From the IMG/VR virus record IMGVR_UViG_3300020442_004525, positions 1 to 57,997 of that record: a stretch of 57,997 nucleotides of DNA; one strand, given 5' to 3'. Of this stretch, positions 28,074 through 37,197 are shown piece by piece (the stretch's first letter is position 1; every line of letters begins with the position of its first letter). Position numbers and translations under genes: made by a program. The notes beneath the pieces were generated by a model. The model had not been told where the DNA came from, made no database searches, and saw only the letters and a program-made list of their open reading frames with translations. Source of the DNA: a virus (lineage: Duplodnaviria; Caudoviricetes).

Positions 28074-30557
28074 TTATTGACAGCTTTCACAAACCTCTCC
28101 ATTTTTCATGGCTTCAATGCTACAAGCTGAAGGTTCGCTAGTTGCTGTTGAGGAGGTTTCGCTTGTGACAGATTTTTCAACTTTTGTTGCTGCCTGATTC
28201 CTTAAATAGTAAGTTGTCTTTAGTCCGTGTTCCCAGCAGCTCATGTAGATATCGTTGAGGTATTTTAGGGAAGACGTACTATTGTAGAGGTTAAAACTTA
28301 CCGCTTGGTCTATCCATTTTTGCCTTACTGCGTTACATTCTATTAGCTTGAACATATCCCTGTCGAAAGCGGTCTTGTACTTTTCTTTAAGATCGTCTGG
28401 AATATTTCCATTAAGAAATTTTAAGTCTCCATCGGCTTGCTTAACTAAACCTGCGATTTCACTATTCCACAAACCTCTCTCTTTCATATCGTTTACGAAA
28501 TGAGGGTTTGTAATGAAGAAGTTTCCGCTTTTATTTTCGTAAACAAAAAGAACTGAGAAGTTGGGCTCTATGCTCTGTTCTATCCCGTTGATATAGCCTA
28601 TTGTTGCTGTTGGAGCTATTGCCATAACATTAGAATTTCTCATTCCGTGTTCTTGAACGTGCATTCTTACTTCTTTCCATTCGTCAAGAGTTTGCCCTTT
28701 GCCTGTTAATGGTTTGCCTGTAACAGACTGTTTAGGGACTTTTTGAACCCCTCTATAAACCATTAAGTTATTATAGGAATCGATTGGAAAGACCCCTTTG
28801 CTCCATAATGAACCTTCATAGGTTTTGTATGCGCCTTTTTCCTTGGCTAGTATAGAACTTGCGTATATCGCCTGCATGGAATAGAACTCAAATAGTTTAT
28901 CGTTGAATTCTACAGCTTCATCACTATCTATATTTATGTTTAGCTTATGCAGGACGTCATGAAGTGCCATCATGCCTAGACCTATAGGCCTGTGTTGCAT
29001 ATTGCTGTTTCTGGCTTCCGGTGTTGGATAAAAATTTAAATCGACTACGCTATCTAGCGCTCTAATCGCTGTATGAATTGTTGTTTTAAGCTTATCATAA
29101 TCAATACCCCCATCTTCTTTTAAATGGTTTAGTAGATTGATTGAGCCTAGATTGCATACCGCTGTTTCTCCAATCTCGGTTTTTTCACCCTTGTCGTATT
29201 TAGAGGCTTTTGTATGAAGTGTAATCTCGGTGCAGAGGTTACTACTGTGTACCACTCCTTCATGTTGATTGGTATACCTGATATTACAGGGGTCTTTAAA
29301 CGTGTTCCATGGATGAGAGGTTTCAAAGAGAACCTTGAGCATTTTTTTCCACAGTTCTTTGGCTGGAGTTTTTCTAAAGTTTTTAATTTCGCCGTATTCT
29401 GCGGCACGGCATGCATCTTCATACCTATCATCAAATTCTTTACCAAAGAAATCATGTAAGGTTCTTCCGTCTTCGTAGGTCATTTCAGAGGGATCGAAAA
29501 AGTACCAGTCTTCTTCGTTCTTGACCCTCCTCATGAATTCATCGGGAATCCATGCCGCCGTATTCATGTCGTGGCACCTTAATCTATCGTCTCCTGTATT
29601 TCTCCTGAGATTAAGAAAGTCTTCAAAGTCTAAATGCCAAGGTTCTAGGTATGCGCAGCCTGCTCCAGGCCTCTTTCCTCCTTGATTAACTGCAACTAGT
29701 AAATCGTTATATATTTTTAACCACGGGACTAAACCGCTAGATATTCCATTCGTGCCTTTAATGTGGGAACCTGTAGACCTGAAGGGTGTAACATCTAGGC
29801 CTAAGCCTCCCGCATACTTACTCTTTCTTGCTTCTTGCCAAGCTCCATCGAAAATACCGTCGATGCTATCATCAAAAGTATTTAAATAGCAAGAGCTTAA
29901 TTGAGATCTAACTGTACCACTATTAAAGAGGGTGGGGGTAGATGATGTATAAAGGAATTGACTGAACATGTCGTAATATTTAATCGCCCACTCCTCTTTG
30001 TTTTCTTCGTTTAAGGCCAAGCCCATGGCAACCCTCATCCAAAAACTCTGAGGAGCTTCCATGATTTTCCCGTCCTCTCTTATAAAATACCTATCTGTTA
30101 GAATCTGAATCCCTAGATATTTAAAGGATAGATCCCTTCTGATTTTTAAAGCTTCTGAAAGTTTCTTTAGGTCATACTCTAGCATTCTTTCGTTTAGCTT
30201 TCCTGATTTAACAAGTTTCTTTACGCCTTGTACGAAGCTCTTTCTGTACTGGAGTTTAAAAATATCTGAATCCACTCCTTCTCTAAATACTTCCTTATAT
30301 AGTGAGTTTAGTAGTAGTCTTGCTGCAGCGAAGGAGTAGTTTGGTTCTTTTTCTATTTTTTGCCTCGCTGAAAATACTAAAGCGCTATCAATTTCTTGGG
30401 TAGTAATTTTGTTAAAAAGACCTATCTGTGCATCTAGTATAACCTCGCTGGCTGAAACACCATCTAGTTCTTCGCATGCTCTTTCTGCACATTTGTTTAT
30501 TTTTTCTACTTTGAAATCTTCTAGTCTTCCGTTTCGTTTCTTTACTTGAATATTCAT
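28074..30557 (-). CDS. nrdA: Ribonucleotide reductase class I alpha subunit with ATP cone
   Basis: VKKRNG ATP cone, TPTLFNSG, QLSSCYL, SNLCTEI, VCNLGSINL, AIAPTAT, GLKTTYYLR, C-terminal CESCQ. Confidence 0.96.
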   Translation of the reverse strand: MNIQVKKRNGRLEDFKVEKINKCAERACEELDGVSASEVILDAQIGLFNKITTQEIDSALVFSARQKIEKEPNYSFAAARLLLNSLYKEVFREGVDSDIFKLQYRKSFVQGVKKLVKSGKLNERMLEYDLKKLSEALKIRRDLSFKYLGIQILTDRYFIREDGKIMEAPQSFWMRVAMGLALNEENKEEWAIKYYDMFSQFLYTSSTPTLFNSGTVRSQLSSCYLNTFDDSIDGIFDGAWQEARKSKYAGGLGLDVTPFRSTGSHIKGTNGISSGLVPWLKIYNDLLVAVNQGGKRPGAGCAYLEPWHLDFEDFLNLRRNTGDDRLRCHDMNTAAWIPDEFMRRVKNEEDWYFFDPSEMTYEDGRTLHDFFGKEFDDRYEDACRAAEYGEIKNFRKTPAKELWKKMLKVLFETSHPWNTFKDPCNIRYTNQHEGVVHSSNLCTEITLHTKASKYDKGEKTEIGETAVCNLGSINLLNHLKEDGGIDYDKLKTTIHTAIRALDSVVDLNFYPTPEARNSNMQHRPIGLGMMALHDVLHKLNINIDSDEAVEFNDKLFEFYSMQAIYASSILAKEKGAYKTYEGSLWSKGVFPIDSYNNLMVYRGVQKVPKQSVTGKPLTGKGQTLDEWKEVRMHVQEHGMRNSNVMAIAPTATIGYINGIEQSIEPNFSVLFVYENKSGNFFITNPHFVNDMKERGLWNSEIAGLVKQADGDLKFLNGNIPDDLKEKYKTAFDRDMFKLIECNAVRQKWIDQAVSFNLYNSTSSLKYLNDIYMSCWEHGLKTTYYLRNQAATKVEKSVTSETSSTATSEPSACSIEAMKNGEVCESCQ

Positions 30558-30572
30558 TTAATGATTGGTTTT

Positions 30573-30601
30573 ATAATAACACTTATTGAATTTAATTGCA
30601 A
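30573..30601 (-). promoter_or_regulatory. sigma70-type promoter for nrdA
   Basis: TTGCAA (30601-30596), 17 nt spacer, TGt-TATTAT (30578-30573). Confidence 0.6.
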
Positions 30602-30624
30602 TAAAAAACATAAGATGTTAATAA

Positions 30625-31473
30625 TTAAATTTGATTTATGTTCTGCAGCCACCCTGACTCTTGGGATCTGAGTGGTCTGTATCTTCTGTAGCTACATGTC
30701 CAGGTTATTTCGCCCAGTCTGATGATGGGAATAATTCTAAAATTCCTTTTCATCATTTCTTTAGATTTGTGTGTTTTTGAAAGATCTTCACCCTTGTTTT
30801 TTAGGAAAGCTCTGCATATTAATTGCTCTGGAAATTTTACCCCATCTGCAAATGGAGTGTTGCACATATATACTGCCGTTTGGAATGCTCTTAGCATCGT
30901 GCAAGTGGGTGCGCCAATAATGTGGTCTGATATATGAAACTTCTCCTCCTGGTCTTTTCTGAAGAAAATGTCTGAGGTGAAAATCTTGCCATACTCTTTG
31001 AACATTTCCCTTGCGAAAACCTCTAGTTGTGAGTAGATTTCATCTGATCTTACCTTGATCGACATGTTTCCAGTCGCAGCTTCTAGCCCGTTTCTTGTTG
31101 TGAAATTTTGAAAAATCCATGGTGAGGCACCCCTGCTGCCTAATCTTTTTTCATAACGAGGTAGGTCTTCGTATTTATTTAATACTAGAGTGATTGATGG
31201 ATCATCTATTAGGTCTTTAATTATTTCCAAATTGTCATTATCCCAACATGATATAACTAAGTTTCCTAGCATTTTATCTTCTGTCAGTGGGTTTCCTTCT
31301 AATTTTTTTGATAAATATTGCCTGCTTTTAATTAATTTTAAATAAATTGGTATGGACTCCCTCATTCTTTCGTTAATTGGCCCCTGTATAATTATTGAAA
31401 GAGAGTTCTCTAGTGCTTCCATTTTGGGGAGCATTCTTTTTAAGTAAGAAAGATACCAATCATCCATGTTCAT
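30625..31473 (-). CDS. WavE-like lipopolysaccharide/glycan synthesis protein
   Basis: LSIIIQGP, LVISCW, Q..TT.NGL, IKVRSD, SDHI, FPEQLI. Start set at the ATG at 31473 (ATGA overlap with the upstream stop). Confidence 0.65.
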   Translation of the reverse strand: MNMDDWYLSYLKRMLPKMEALENSLSIIIQGPINERMRESIPIYLKLIKSRQYLSKKLEGNPLTEDKMLGNLVISCWDNDNLEIIKDLIDDPSITLVLNKYEDLPRYEKRLGSRGASPWIFQNFTTRNGLEAATGNMSIKVRSDEIYSQLEVFAREMFKEYGKIFTSDIFFRKDQEEKFHISDHIIGAPTCTMLRAFQTAVYMCNTPFADGVKFPEQLICRAFLKNKGEDLSKTHKSKEMMKRNFRIIPIIRLGEITWTCSYRRYRPLRSQESGWLQNINQI

Positions 31474-31892
31474 GATAGATAGTCCGAGCAAACCCCGAAA
31501 CAATTCTGGTACTTTGCGTATTTAGAGTTGTTGCATACTATTATAGATTTCTCGCACACTTTTCTGTGCGGATATGTCCAGATAAACCCTTTTGAGGTTA
31601 ACGTGTACGCATCGTTCTCGTGCCAAAAGACATTGAGTTGATGCATTGATGATAGTAATTCAAGTGATTCTATGTTTTTACAATGAATCCAAAGACTGTC
31701 TCTATATTCTAATAGGAAATCTAGATCTATGTCGTACTGCGCTTGGTCATGCCCTGAGTAAAATCCATCGTGAAACCAAACGTCGATTTCTGCATCAAAG
31801 CCTTTGTTGATTGCATGTACGATGTGATTCGGATTGTTTTCATTTTCTGGATCTTTTCCCGAGGTATTGCCTCTATGCGCTATTAGTTTCAT
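31470..31892 (-). CDS. Short glycerophosphodiester phosphodiesterase (GDPD/PLC-like)
   Basis: LIAHRGN...EN...GFDAEIDVW...GHD...WIHCKN...GVCSD. Confidence 0.8.
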   Translation of the reverse strand: MKLIAHRGNTSGKDPENENNPNHIVHAINKGFDAEIDVWFHDGFYSGHDQAQYDIDLDFLLEYRDSLWIHCKNIESLELLSSMHQLNVFWHENDAYTLTSKGFIWTYPHRKVCEKSIIVCNNSKYAKYQNCFGVCSDYLS

Positions 31893-33258
31893 AATTATTT
31901 ATGAAAAAACTTAAATCCTCAGGAGTTCCCAAGCCCCACATTGAGTCTTTTGGTATTCCGAAAATTTTAATTTTCTCTCCATTTAATATACACTCATTAT
32001 ATACTGGGCAAACGTAAAATTCGTTATTGGTTCTGATATTTTTCTCGATCATTTGCTCCGCAGCTCTGACGTAATTCTCTCCGTGCTTGAAATAATAAAC
32101 CCCCACAGTTGCATGGTTGCTTATGGGTTTTTTCTCTGCGACCTCTTGAACGAACCCATCTTCATCGAGTTTTGCGTATGACCATTTCGGGTGAGAGGAT
32201 TCAAATGTAAGTATACCCCCATCCGTTTCATCTCCTATCATTGAGTACATGAATTGATTACTATCCCAATCTAGAAATTGGTCTGAGTTGGCTATGAGTA
32301 GTGGTTCTTTATTGTTTATAAAACTTTTCGCTAGTAAGGTTGTGCATGCCGCACCTTCTGTTAAGCCTTCTACTTGTATGATTTTGCAGTTTGGGGCTAT
32401 TAGATTTAGGGTATGCTGTAGTGCGTATTTTTCGTAGTGGGATTTCTGTACTATGAATATGTAGTTTGCGTTGATATTTAAACTCTCTACTACGGCTTGT
32501 ATCATCGGCTTTCCTTTTACGTCGATGAGTGGCTTGGGAAAAGTGTAACCCGCCTGCTCGAATCTACTGCCCGCTCCAGCCATTGGTATTAGTACGTTCA
32601 TGCTCCCGCCTTCCCATTTTGTTTTTTCATAAGGTTTGTCTTCGATTTTGTTTATATAATTCATAATTTTATTAAAAGTTAAATCATCAGGATTTTTAAT
32701 GGCTCCTAAGTGGGCTCCAGAATTTAGCACCGCTTCCCTTCCTGTGTTGGAGTCTTCTAATATTAACGTGTGCCTTGAGGGAATACCTGACTGAGTCATG
32801 ATCTTATAATACATTTCAGGGTTAGGTTTAGATCTTAATACGTCTTGATTTGATACTATATGGTCAAAGAAATGCAATATTTTTTTATTATGTAATGATG
32901 TTATTATACTATCTCTTACTGAGTTTGATGCTACTGATAATTTAAAATTTTGATCTTTTAATTTTTGTAGTATTAAGGATAATCTTCTATCCTCTACATA
33001 ATTATTCATTAAGTTTAATGTTATTTCTTGTTTTCTTGCCCAGACTTGGTTGTACATGTCTTTTGGTAGACCTTTGTTTTTGGTTAGTAATTCTAATTTT
33101 TTTGTCGTTGGTAGTCCATCGTAAGTTGATAGATGTTCCTCTTTGGTTATTGCGAAATCTGGGCATATTTCCCTGAGTGCGGCGTCAAATGATTTAAAGT
33201 GTAACTCTCTAGAGTCTATGAGCACACCATCTAGATCGAATATAATTTGTTTTATCAT
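31873..33258 (-). CDS. HAD phosphatase fused to a sugar nucleotidyltransferase-like (BcbE-type GT-A) domain
   Basis: IIFDLDGVLIDS, SKPNPE, ILEDS (HAD). IPMAGAGSRF...PKPLIDV, TEGAACT, IANSDQ, VAEKKPIS, NNEFYVCP, GLGTPEDL. Confidence 0.9.
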   Translation of the reverse strand: MIKQIIFDLDGVLIDSRELHFKSFDAALREICPDFAITKEEHLSTYDGLPTTKKLELLTKNKGLPKDMYNQVWARKQEITLNLMNNYVEDRRLSLILQKLKDQNFKLSVASNSVRDSIITSLHNKKILHFFDHIVSNQDVLRSKPNPEMYYKIMTQSGIPSRHTLILEDSNTGREAVLNSGAHLGAIKNPDDLTFNKIMNYINKIEDKPYEKTKWEGGSMNVLIPMAGAGSRFEQAGYTFPKPLIDVKGKPMIQAVVESLNINANYIFIVQKSHYEKYALQHTLNLIAPNCKIIQVEGLTEGAACTTLLAKSFINNKEPLLIANSDQFLDWDSNQFMYSMIGDETDGGILTFESSHPKWSYAKLDEDGFVQEVAEKKPISNHATVGVYYFKHGENYVRAAEQMIEKNIRTNNEFYVCPVYNECILNGEKIKIFGIPKDSMWGLGTPEDLSFFINNYETNSA

Positions 33259-33998
33259 TTTATAAGTTTTAATAATATATTATTAAAAGAAGAGGATCCT
33301 GTCAACTGTTTGTATTTACATTGCTGAATATTTAGACATATTGTTAATACTGATTCTGGAACTTTAATCATGTATTCTGGGTAACCTTCATTCCATAGCA
33401 TCTGGATTGCTGTAGAAATACTGAATATACTGTTCATATATTTATTCATTTGATCTGGGTGTCCTATCGCAATTTGATCATTAATTTGATTAGGTAAAGA
33501 TGCTTTATCATAGACGAAGCTGAATGCGAATTCTTTCTTTAACTCTTCTTCATGATTATATATATTTGTGCTTTCGAATAGTGGTAGTCTTATATGTTTG
33601 TTTTTTGCGCAATCTTTTAATTCATGTACTTTTATTTGTTCAAGAACCTGTATGTCAGGCCTTAATCTAATTACTAAATCATATTCTTTTTTCTTGAAGG
33701 TCATATGATCCTGTATCATTGTGTTTAGAATTTTAAGTCCTGCTGCCATAGGTATCAAGCCTGCGCCAGGCTCGCATGGTAGTTTGTCTGTAGGCCCTAA
33801 AAAATCCATGGTTTCTTCAAAGTTTAAAATCTTCCTCTTAACAGGATTGTAGACGTTGCAGAAGTCATATGAGGGTTGGTCATCCCAGGTGGTTACGAAT
33901 ATATCTGGCTTCAGTGGCCACACGATATTCTCTAAGATTGACTCCCAGCAATCTTCCCATCGGCCTAATTTGCCACTAAAGCAAAGCGCGACCTTTAT
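33255..33998 (-). CDS. Putative glycosyltransferase (KVALCFSG / YDLVIRLRPD type), probable ATA start
   Basis: The frame extends upstream of the track start as IKVALCFSGKLGRW...PDIFVTTW. Also YDLVIRLRPD, NDQIAIG and PE motifs. Confidence 0.65.
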   Translation of the reverse strand: MKVALCFSGKLGRWEDCWESILENIVWPLKPDIFVTTWDDQPSYDFCNVYNPVKRKILNFEETMDFLGPTDKLPCEPGAGLIPMAAGLKILNTMIQDHMTFKKKEYDLVIRLRPDIQVLEQIKVHELKDCAKNKHIRLPLFESTNIYNHEEELKKEFAFSFVYDKASLPNQINDQIAIGHPDQMNKYMNSIFSISTAIQMLWNEGYPEYMIKVPESVLTICLNIQQCKYKQLTGSSSFNNILLKLIK

Positions 33999-34918
33999 TT
34001 TTCGACCCTCCTTATAACATGCCTGTCTAAATTTTTGCCTTCTAAGTTCGGATTTAAGAAAAAGTTGTTTGATTTAATTAGGTTCATGAGTGCCTCCACC
34101 ATTTTTTCGGCATCATACTCTAGAGGGTAATATAGTTGCGGAAATGTTAGCCACCTAGTTTGGAATGCTAGAGGGCATATGTGTGGGTCTTTACATTCTT
34201 TGGCCCAGGAAAGCGTTGGTATGTTGAACATGTAACCAAAGTACTTTATTCCGGAATCTATAGCAAGTAAACCCGAGCTTGATTTTATCATTGATATGAT
34301 TGTTGGTAGACTGTCTGACACTATCTCTACGTGCCCCTGTTCTTCTATGTTGTCCCTTATGAAGTCTTCGGTTGAAGGTGTTGATAGGATTTTTATGTCA
34401 AACAAAGGCGGTATGTTAGATATGATTTTGTTTATATAGCTTTTGCTCATTCTGTGGTTGTTGCCCATGTTATCTGAAGCTAGATGTAGGACAACATAGG
34501 AGTTGTTTGCATTGTAAGGCAGTATTTTTAAGCTTGGTTTCGGGAAGTGGTAAAAGTAGTTTTGCCAGTGGAAATCGTAGTATATCCATTCCATCCAGTC
34601 TAGGTGGAGATTGTAGAACTTATCGTAATTTAACATTTGAGCTTTTTGCTCGGGGTCTGTGTTGTTGATGTGTGCTGCAAAATTTTCTGAACCAAATTGT
34701 GAGGAGATTCTGTATTCGTCCGATTGTCTTTTGAGTAAAGTTCGACTAGAGTAAAAATCATACAGGCTAAGTAGAGTATCTGACTGGAGGCTTTTGCCTC
34801 CTGTGTCTGAAAATAAATGTATTTCTGCTCCAGGGTACTTATCTAGTATAGCAGGAACGAATCTATTGGCTAGAAGATGGTCTCCTAGTCCTCCTTCCAT
34901 TCTTACTGAAATTTTCAT
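33995..34918 (-). CDS. GT9-like glycosyltransferase
   Basis: GGLGDHLLA at the N-terminus, YVVLH, LLAIDSG...FNIPTL. Confidence 0.7.
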   Translation of the reverse strand: MKISVRMEGGLGDHLLANRFVPAILDKYPGAEIHLFSDTGGKSLQSDTLLSLYDFYSSRTLLKRQSDEYRISSQFGSENFAAHINNTDPEQKAQMLNYDKFYNLHLDWMEWIYYDFHWQNYFYHFPKPSLKILPYNANNSYVVLHLASDNMGNNHRMSKSYINKIISNIPPLFDIKILSTPSTEDFIRDNIEEQGHVEIVSDSLPTIISMIKSSSGLLAIDSGIKYFGYMFNIPTLSWAKECKDPHICPLAFQTRWLTFPQLYYPLEYDAEKMVEALMNLIKSNNFFLNPNLEGKNLDRHVIRRVEK

Positions 34919-35232
34919 TGAGCGTGAACCCCCCTTATAAATACGTTATTTTTATCTTTTACAAAAGTTAATAACTCGGTTGATGTTGCTCCATTGAGCT
35001 GGCATCGATTTATGTGTCCATTTTCGGATAATCTCTTGAGGCTATCCGATATCCTACTTAAAGATATATTCCCCAAGTCCTTGCACATCTTAACCCTGTT
35101 TATGTAAACGGGTTTACCATGCGCAGCCTTGCTACATAAGTACATGTATATCATGATATCTGAGGGTATCATCCTCTTCGAGATCGTGTCGTTGAAAATT
35201 TCACTAGGTATAGATATGAATTTTTGTCGCAT
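34915..35232 (-). CDS. Winged helix-turn-helix protein (phage replication initiator N-terminal-like)
   Basis: FISIP, IMIYMYLCS, KMCKDLGNISLSRISDSLKRLSENGHI. Confidence 0.6.
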   Translation of the reverse strand: MRQKFISIPSEIFNDTISKRMIPSDIMIYMYLCSKAAHGKPVYINRVKMCKDLGNISLSRISDSLKRLSENGHINRCQLNGATSTELLTFVKDKNNVFIRGVHAQ

Positions 35233-35239
35233 GTTTGAT

Positions 35240-35268
35240 ATATTATTAAAAATTTAAATATAAGTCAA
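35240..35268 (-). promoter_or_regulatory. Leftward sigma70 promoter (near-leaderless)
   Basis: TTGACT (35268-35263), 17 nt spacer, TAATAT (35245-35240). The ATG is at 35232. Confidence 0.65.
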
Positions 35269-35369
35269 GATTGTTTTTTCACACGAGGGTGTTTGAAAAA
35301 TCCTTCATCTATTAATTTACATAAATATTATATATTATACTTAGGTATATATTACTGGATATAACTTTC

Positions 35370-35398
35370 TTGACATCTAGTTGTTGTTATGATATTCT
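35370..35398 (+). promoter_or_regulatory. Rightward sigma70 promoter (near-leaderless)
   Basis: TTGACA (35370-35375), 17 nt spacer, TGa-TATTCT (35393-35398). The ATG is at 35408. Confidence 0.75.
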
Positions 35399-35407
35399 TA
35401 TAACTTA

Positions 35408-35719
35408 ATGAAAATCATAAAAAGCCAAACATCGTCATCAGTATTTTACTACATCAGTTCGGGTAACTGGAGTTCTGTGGTATCTGCTAGATCCAGGAAG
35501 GATGCCCTAAGGCAGTTATTTAATGATATTATTAAAAATCCTGGAAGATACGGTCCAATAGGTACTGTTATAGTATTAATGGATATTGATGAAGCTATGA
35601 AAGACTTAACGCTGGAAAGCGCTCTTAAATTTATCTCAACAGAGGAAGCTCTTGAGATGGTGGGGGATCCAGATATAAGCGAATCTATTTTAGGGGAGGG
35701 TGATCCAGGTGAATTTTAA
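35408..35719 (+). CDS. Hypothetical protein
   Basis: 103-aa ORF directly after the promoter, first gene of the rightward operon. Confidence 0.7.
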   Translation: MKIIKSQTSSSVFYYISSGNWSSVVSARSRKDALRQLFNDIIKNPGRYGPIGTVIVLMDIDEAMKDLTLESALKFISTEEALEMVGDPDISESILGEGDPGEF

Positions 35720-36269
35720 TGTAATAGGAGTAATGGGTAATGCTAGATCTGGTAAAGATACTGCATACCTGTCGATTAAAGATATATTCTTTGATCTTAA
35801 AGTTCATCGGGTTGCCTTTGCAGATGAATTAAAAAAAGAGTGCGACTCATTCCTTAGAGATAATATAGGAATTTCTGCATTCACCGAATCCCCAGAGGAA
35901 AAAGAGATTATTAGACCCTTCTTAGTTACATATGGAACTCATGTTAGGAGGAAACTAGATCCTAATTGCTGGATCAAGAAAGCGGAAGAATCTATGTGCC
36001 ACGAGGGTGATAGTGTTAATGTCATTACGGACACTAGATACCCAAATGAGGCTAAATGGATCAAACAAAACAAAGGGTTACTAATATTTCTTAGCAGGGA
36101 TGGAATAAAACCAGCAAACGAAGAGGAAGAAATAAACAACCCTATATTACAATCAATGGCGGATGTAGTAATCGAAATGCCAACCTTCCAAAAAGACTAT
36201 TTATCAAGATGCAGACATATAATCCAGAATCAGTTAAACAACTTACAGATACAGAATTGTGTAGCTTAA
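35709..36269 (+). CDS. Deoxynucleoside monophosphate kinase (T4 gp1-like)
   Basis: P-loop GNARSGKDT, FADELK, RPFLVTYGT, VITDTRYPNEA. GTG at 35709 follows a GGGGAGGG SD. Confidence 0.85.
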   Translation: MNFNVIGVMGNARSGKDTAYLSIKDIFFDLKVHRVAFADELKKECDSFLRDNIGISAFTESPEEKEIIRPFLVTYGTHVRRKLDPNCWIKKAEESMCHEGDSVNVITDTRYPNEAKWIKQNKGLLIFLSRDGIKPANEEEEINNPILQSMADVVIEMPTFQKDYLSRCRHIIQNQLNNLQIQNCVA

Positions 36270-36823
36270 TTAAACGACATAACTCAAATGAAGCATTAGG
36301 TGAACTAAACAATCGCCACGGAGCTTTAATTGTATCTATAGCAACAAGGTTATCCAAAAAATATGACAATTGGAATATAACCCAAGAGATTATAGATGAT
36401 GCATATTACATCATGTACCTCTCTGCATTAAAGTATAAACCAGATAAAAAAACTAAATTTTCTACTTTCGTTGGCAATGAGACAAAGTGGGCTTACTTAA
36501 ATAAGTGCAATAAATTTAAAAACCTAGTATCAAACATATCAAAACTCGAGTTAATAATGAAGTTCATTCCATCAACCACACAGAACGAGTCATCACAGGA
36601 CGAATTACTAGATTGCGTCTATTCGTTAATAAATACCCACCCAGACGTAAGGATGCATAAAATATTTAAACTAAGATATCAAGTGGGAAAAAATAACAAT
36701 GTAATGCCCTGGCATTTAATAGGTTATAAACTCGGATTAAGTGCGCAAGGTTGTATTAATATACATAACTCGGGAATATCTTATTTGAAAGAAAAACTAA
36801 AAAAGGAAGGAGTATCATGTTAA
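36209..36823 (+). CDS. Phage RNA polymerase sigma factor (sigma70 family)
   Basis: TDTEL...EALGEL; region 2 ALKYKPDKKTKFSTFV; region 4 IFKLRY...PWHLIGYKLGLSAQGCINIH...LK. Confidence 0.8.
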   Translation: MQTYNPESVKQLTDTELCSLIKRHNSNEALGELNNRHGALIVSIATRLSKKYDNWNITQEIIDDAYYIMYLSALKYKPDKKTKFSTFVGNETKWAYLNKCNKFKNLVSNISKLELIMKFIPSTTQNESSQDELLDCVYSLINTHPDVRMHKIFKLRYQVGKNNNVMPWHLIGYKLGLSAQGCINIHNSGISYLKEKLKKEGVSC

Positions 36824-37197
36824 ATAGATTTTCAGCAATAGGGAACTTAACGCAAGACCCGCAATTAAGGCCTGTGTCAGACAAATACAAAGTTTGCAAA
36901 TTCACGATCGCAATCAATAATCCCATCAGGAAAACAGTCTTATTCATGGATGTTGAAACCTGGGGTAAAACCGCAGAGAACTGTCAAAAATTCCTATCAA
37001 AAGGATCATCTGTAGCGGTTGATGGCAGGCTAGATGCCAGTAAGTGGCAAGACAAAAACGGAGTTAACAGAACAAAGATGTTTTGTACAGCAGATAATGT
37101 TCACTTCTTAAAAGGTAAGAGTAACGAAGGGCCACAGCAACCCTCTAGCCAGGAAGAATTTGATGAGGAAGAGGATCCAGATGAAGTACCATTCTGA
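36817..37197 (+). CDS. ssb: Single-stranded DNA-binding protein
   Basis: NRFSAIGNLTQDPQLR, WGKTAE, KGSSVAVDGRL, acidic tail DEVPF. Confidence 0.95.
   Translation: MLNRFSAIGNLTQDPQLRPVSDKYKVCKFTIAINNPIRKTVLFMDVETWGKTAENCQKFLSKGSSVAVDGRLDASKWQDKNGVNRTKMFCTADNVHFLKGKSNEGPQQPSSQEEFDEEEDPDEVPF

Noticed and set aside
31474-31503. Track start of the WavE-like gene
   Set aside because: The ATGA-coupled ATG at 31473 is more plausible.
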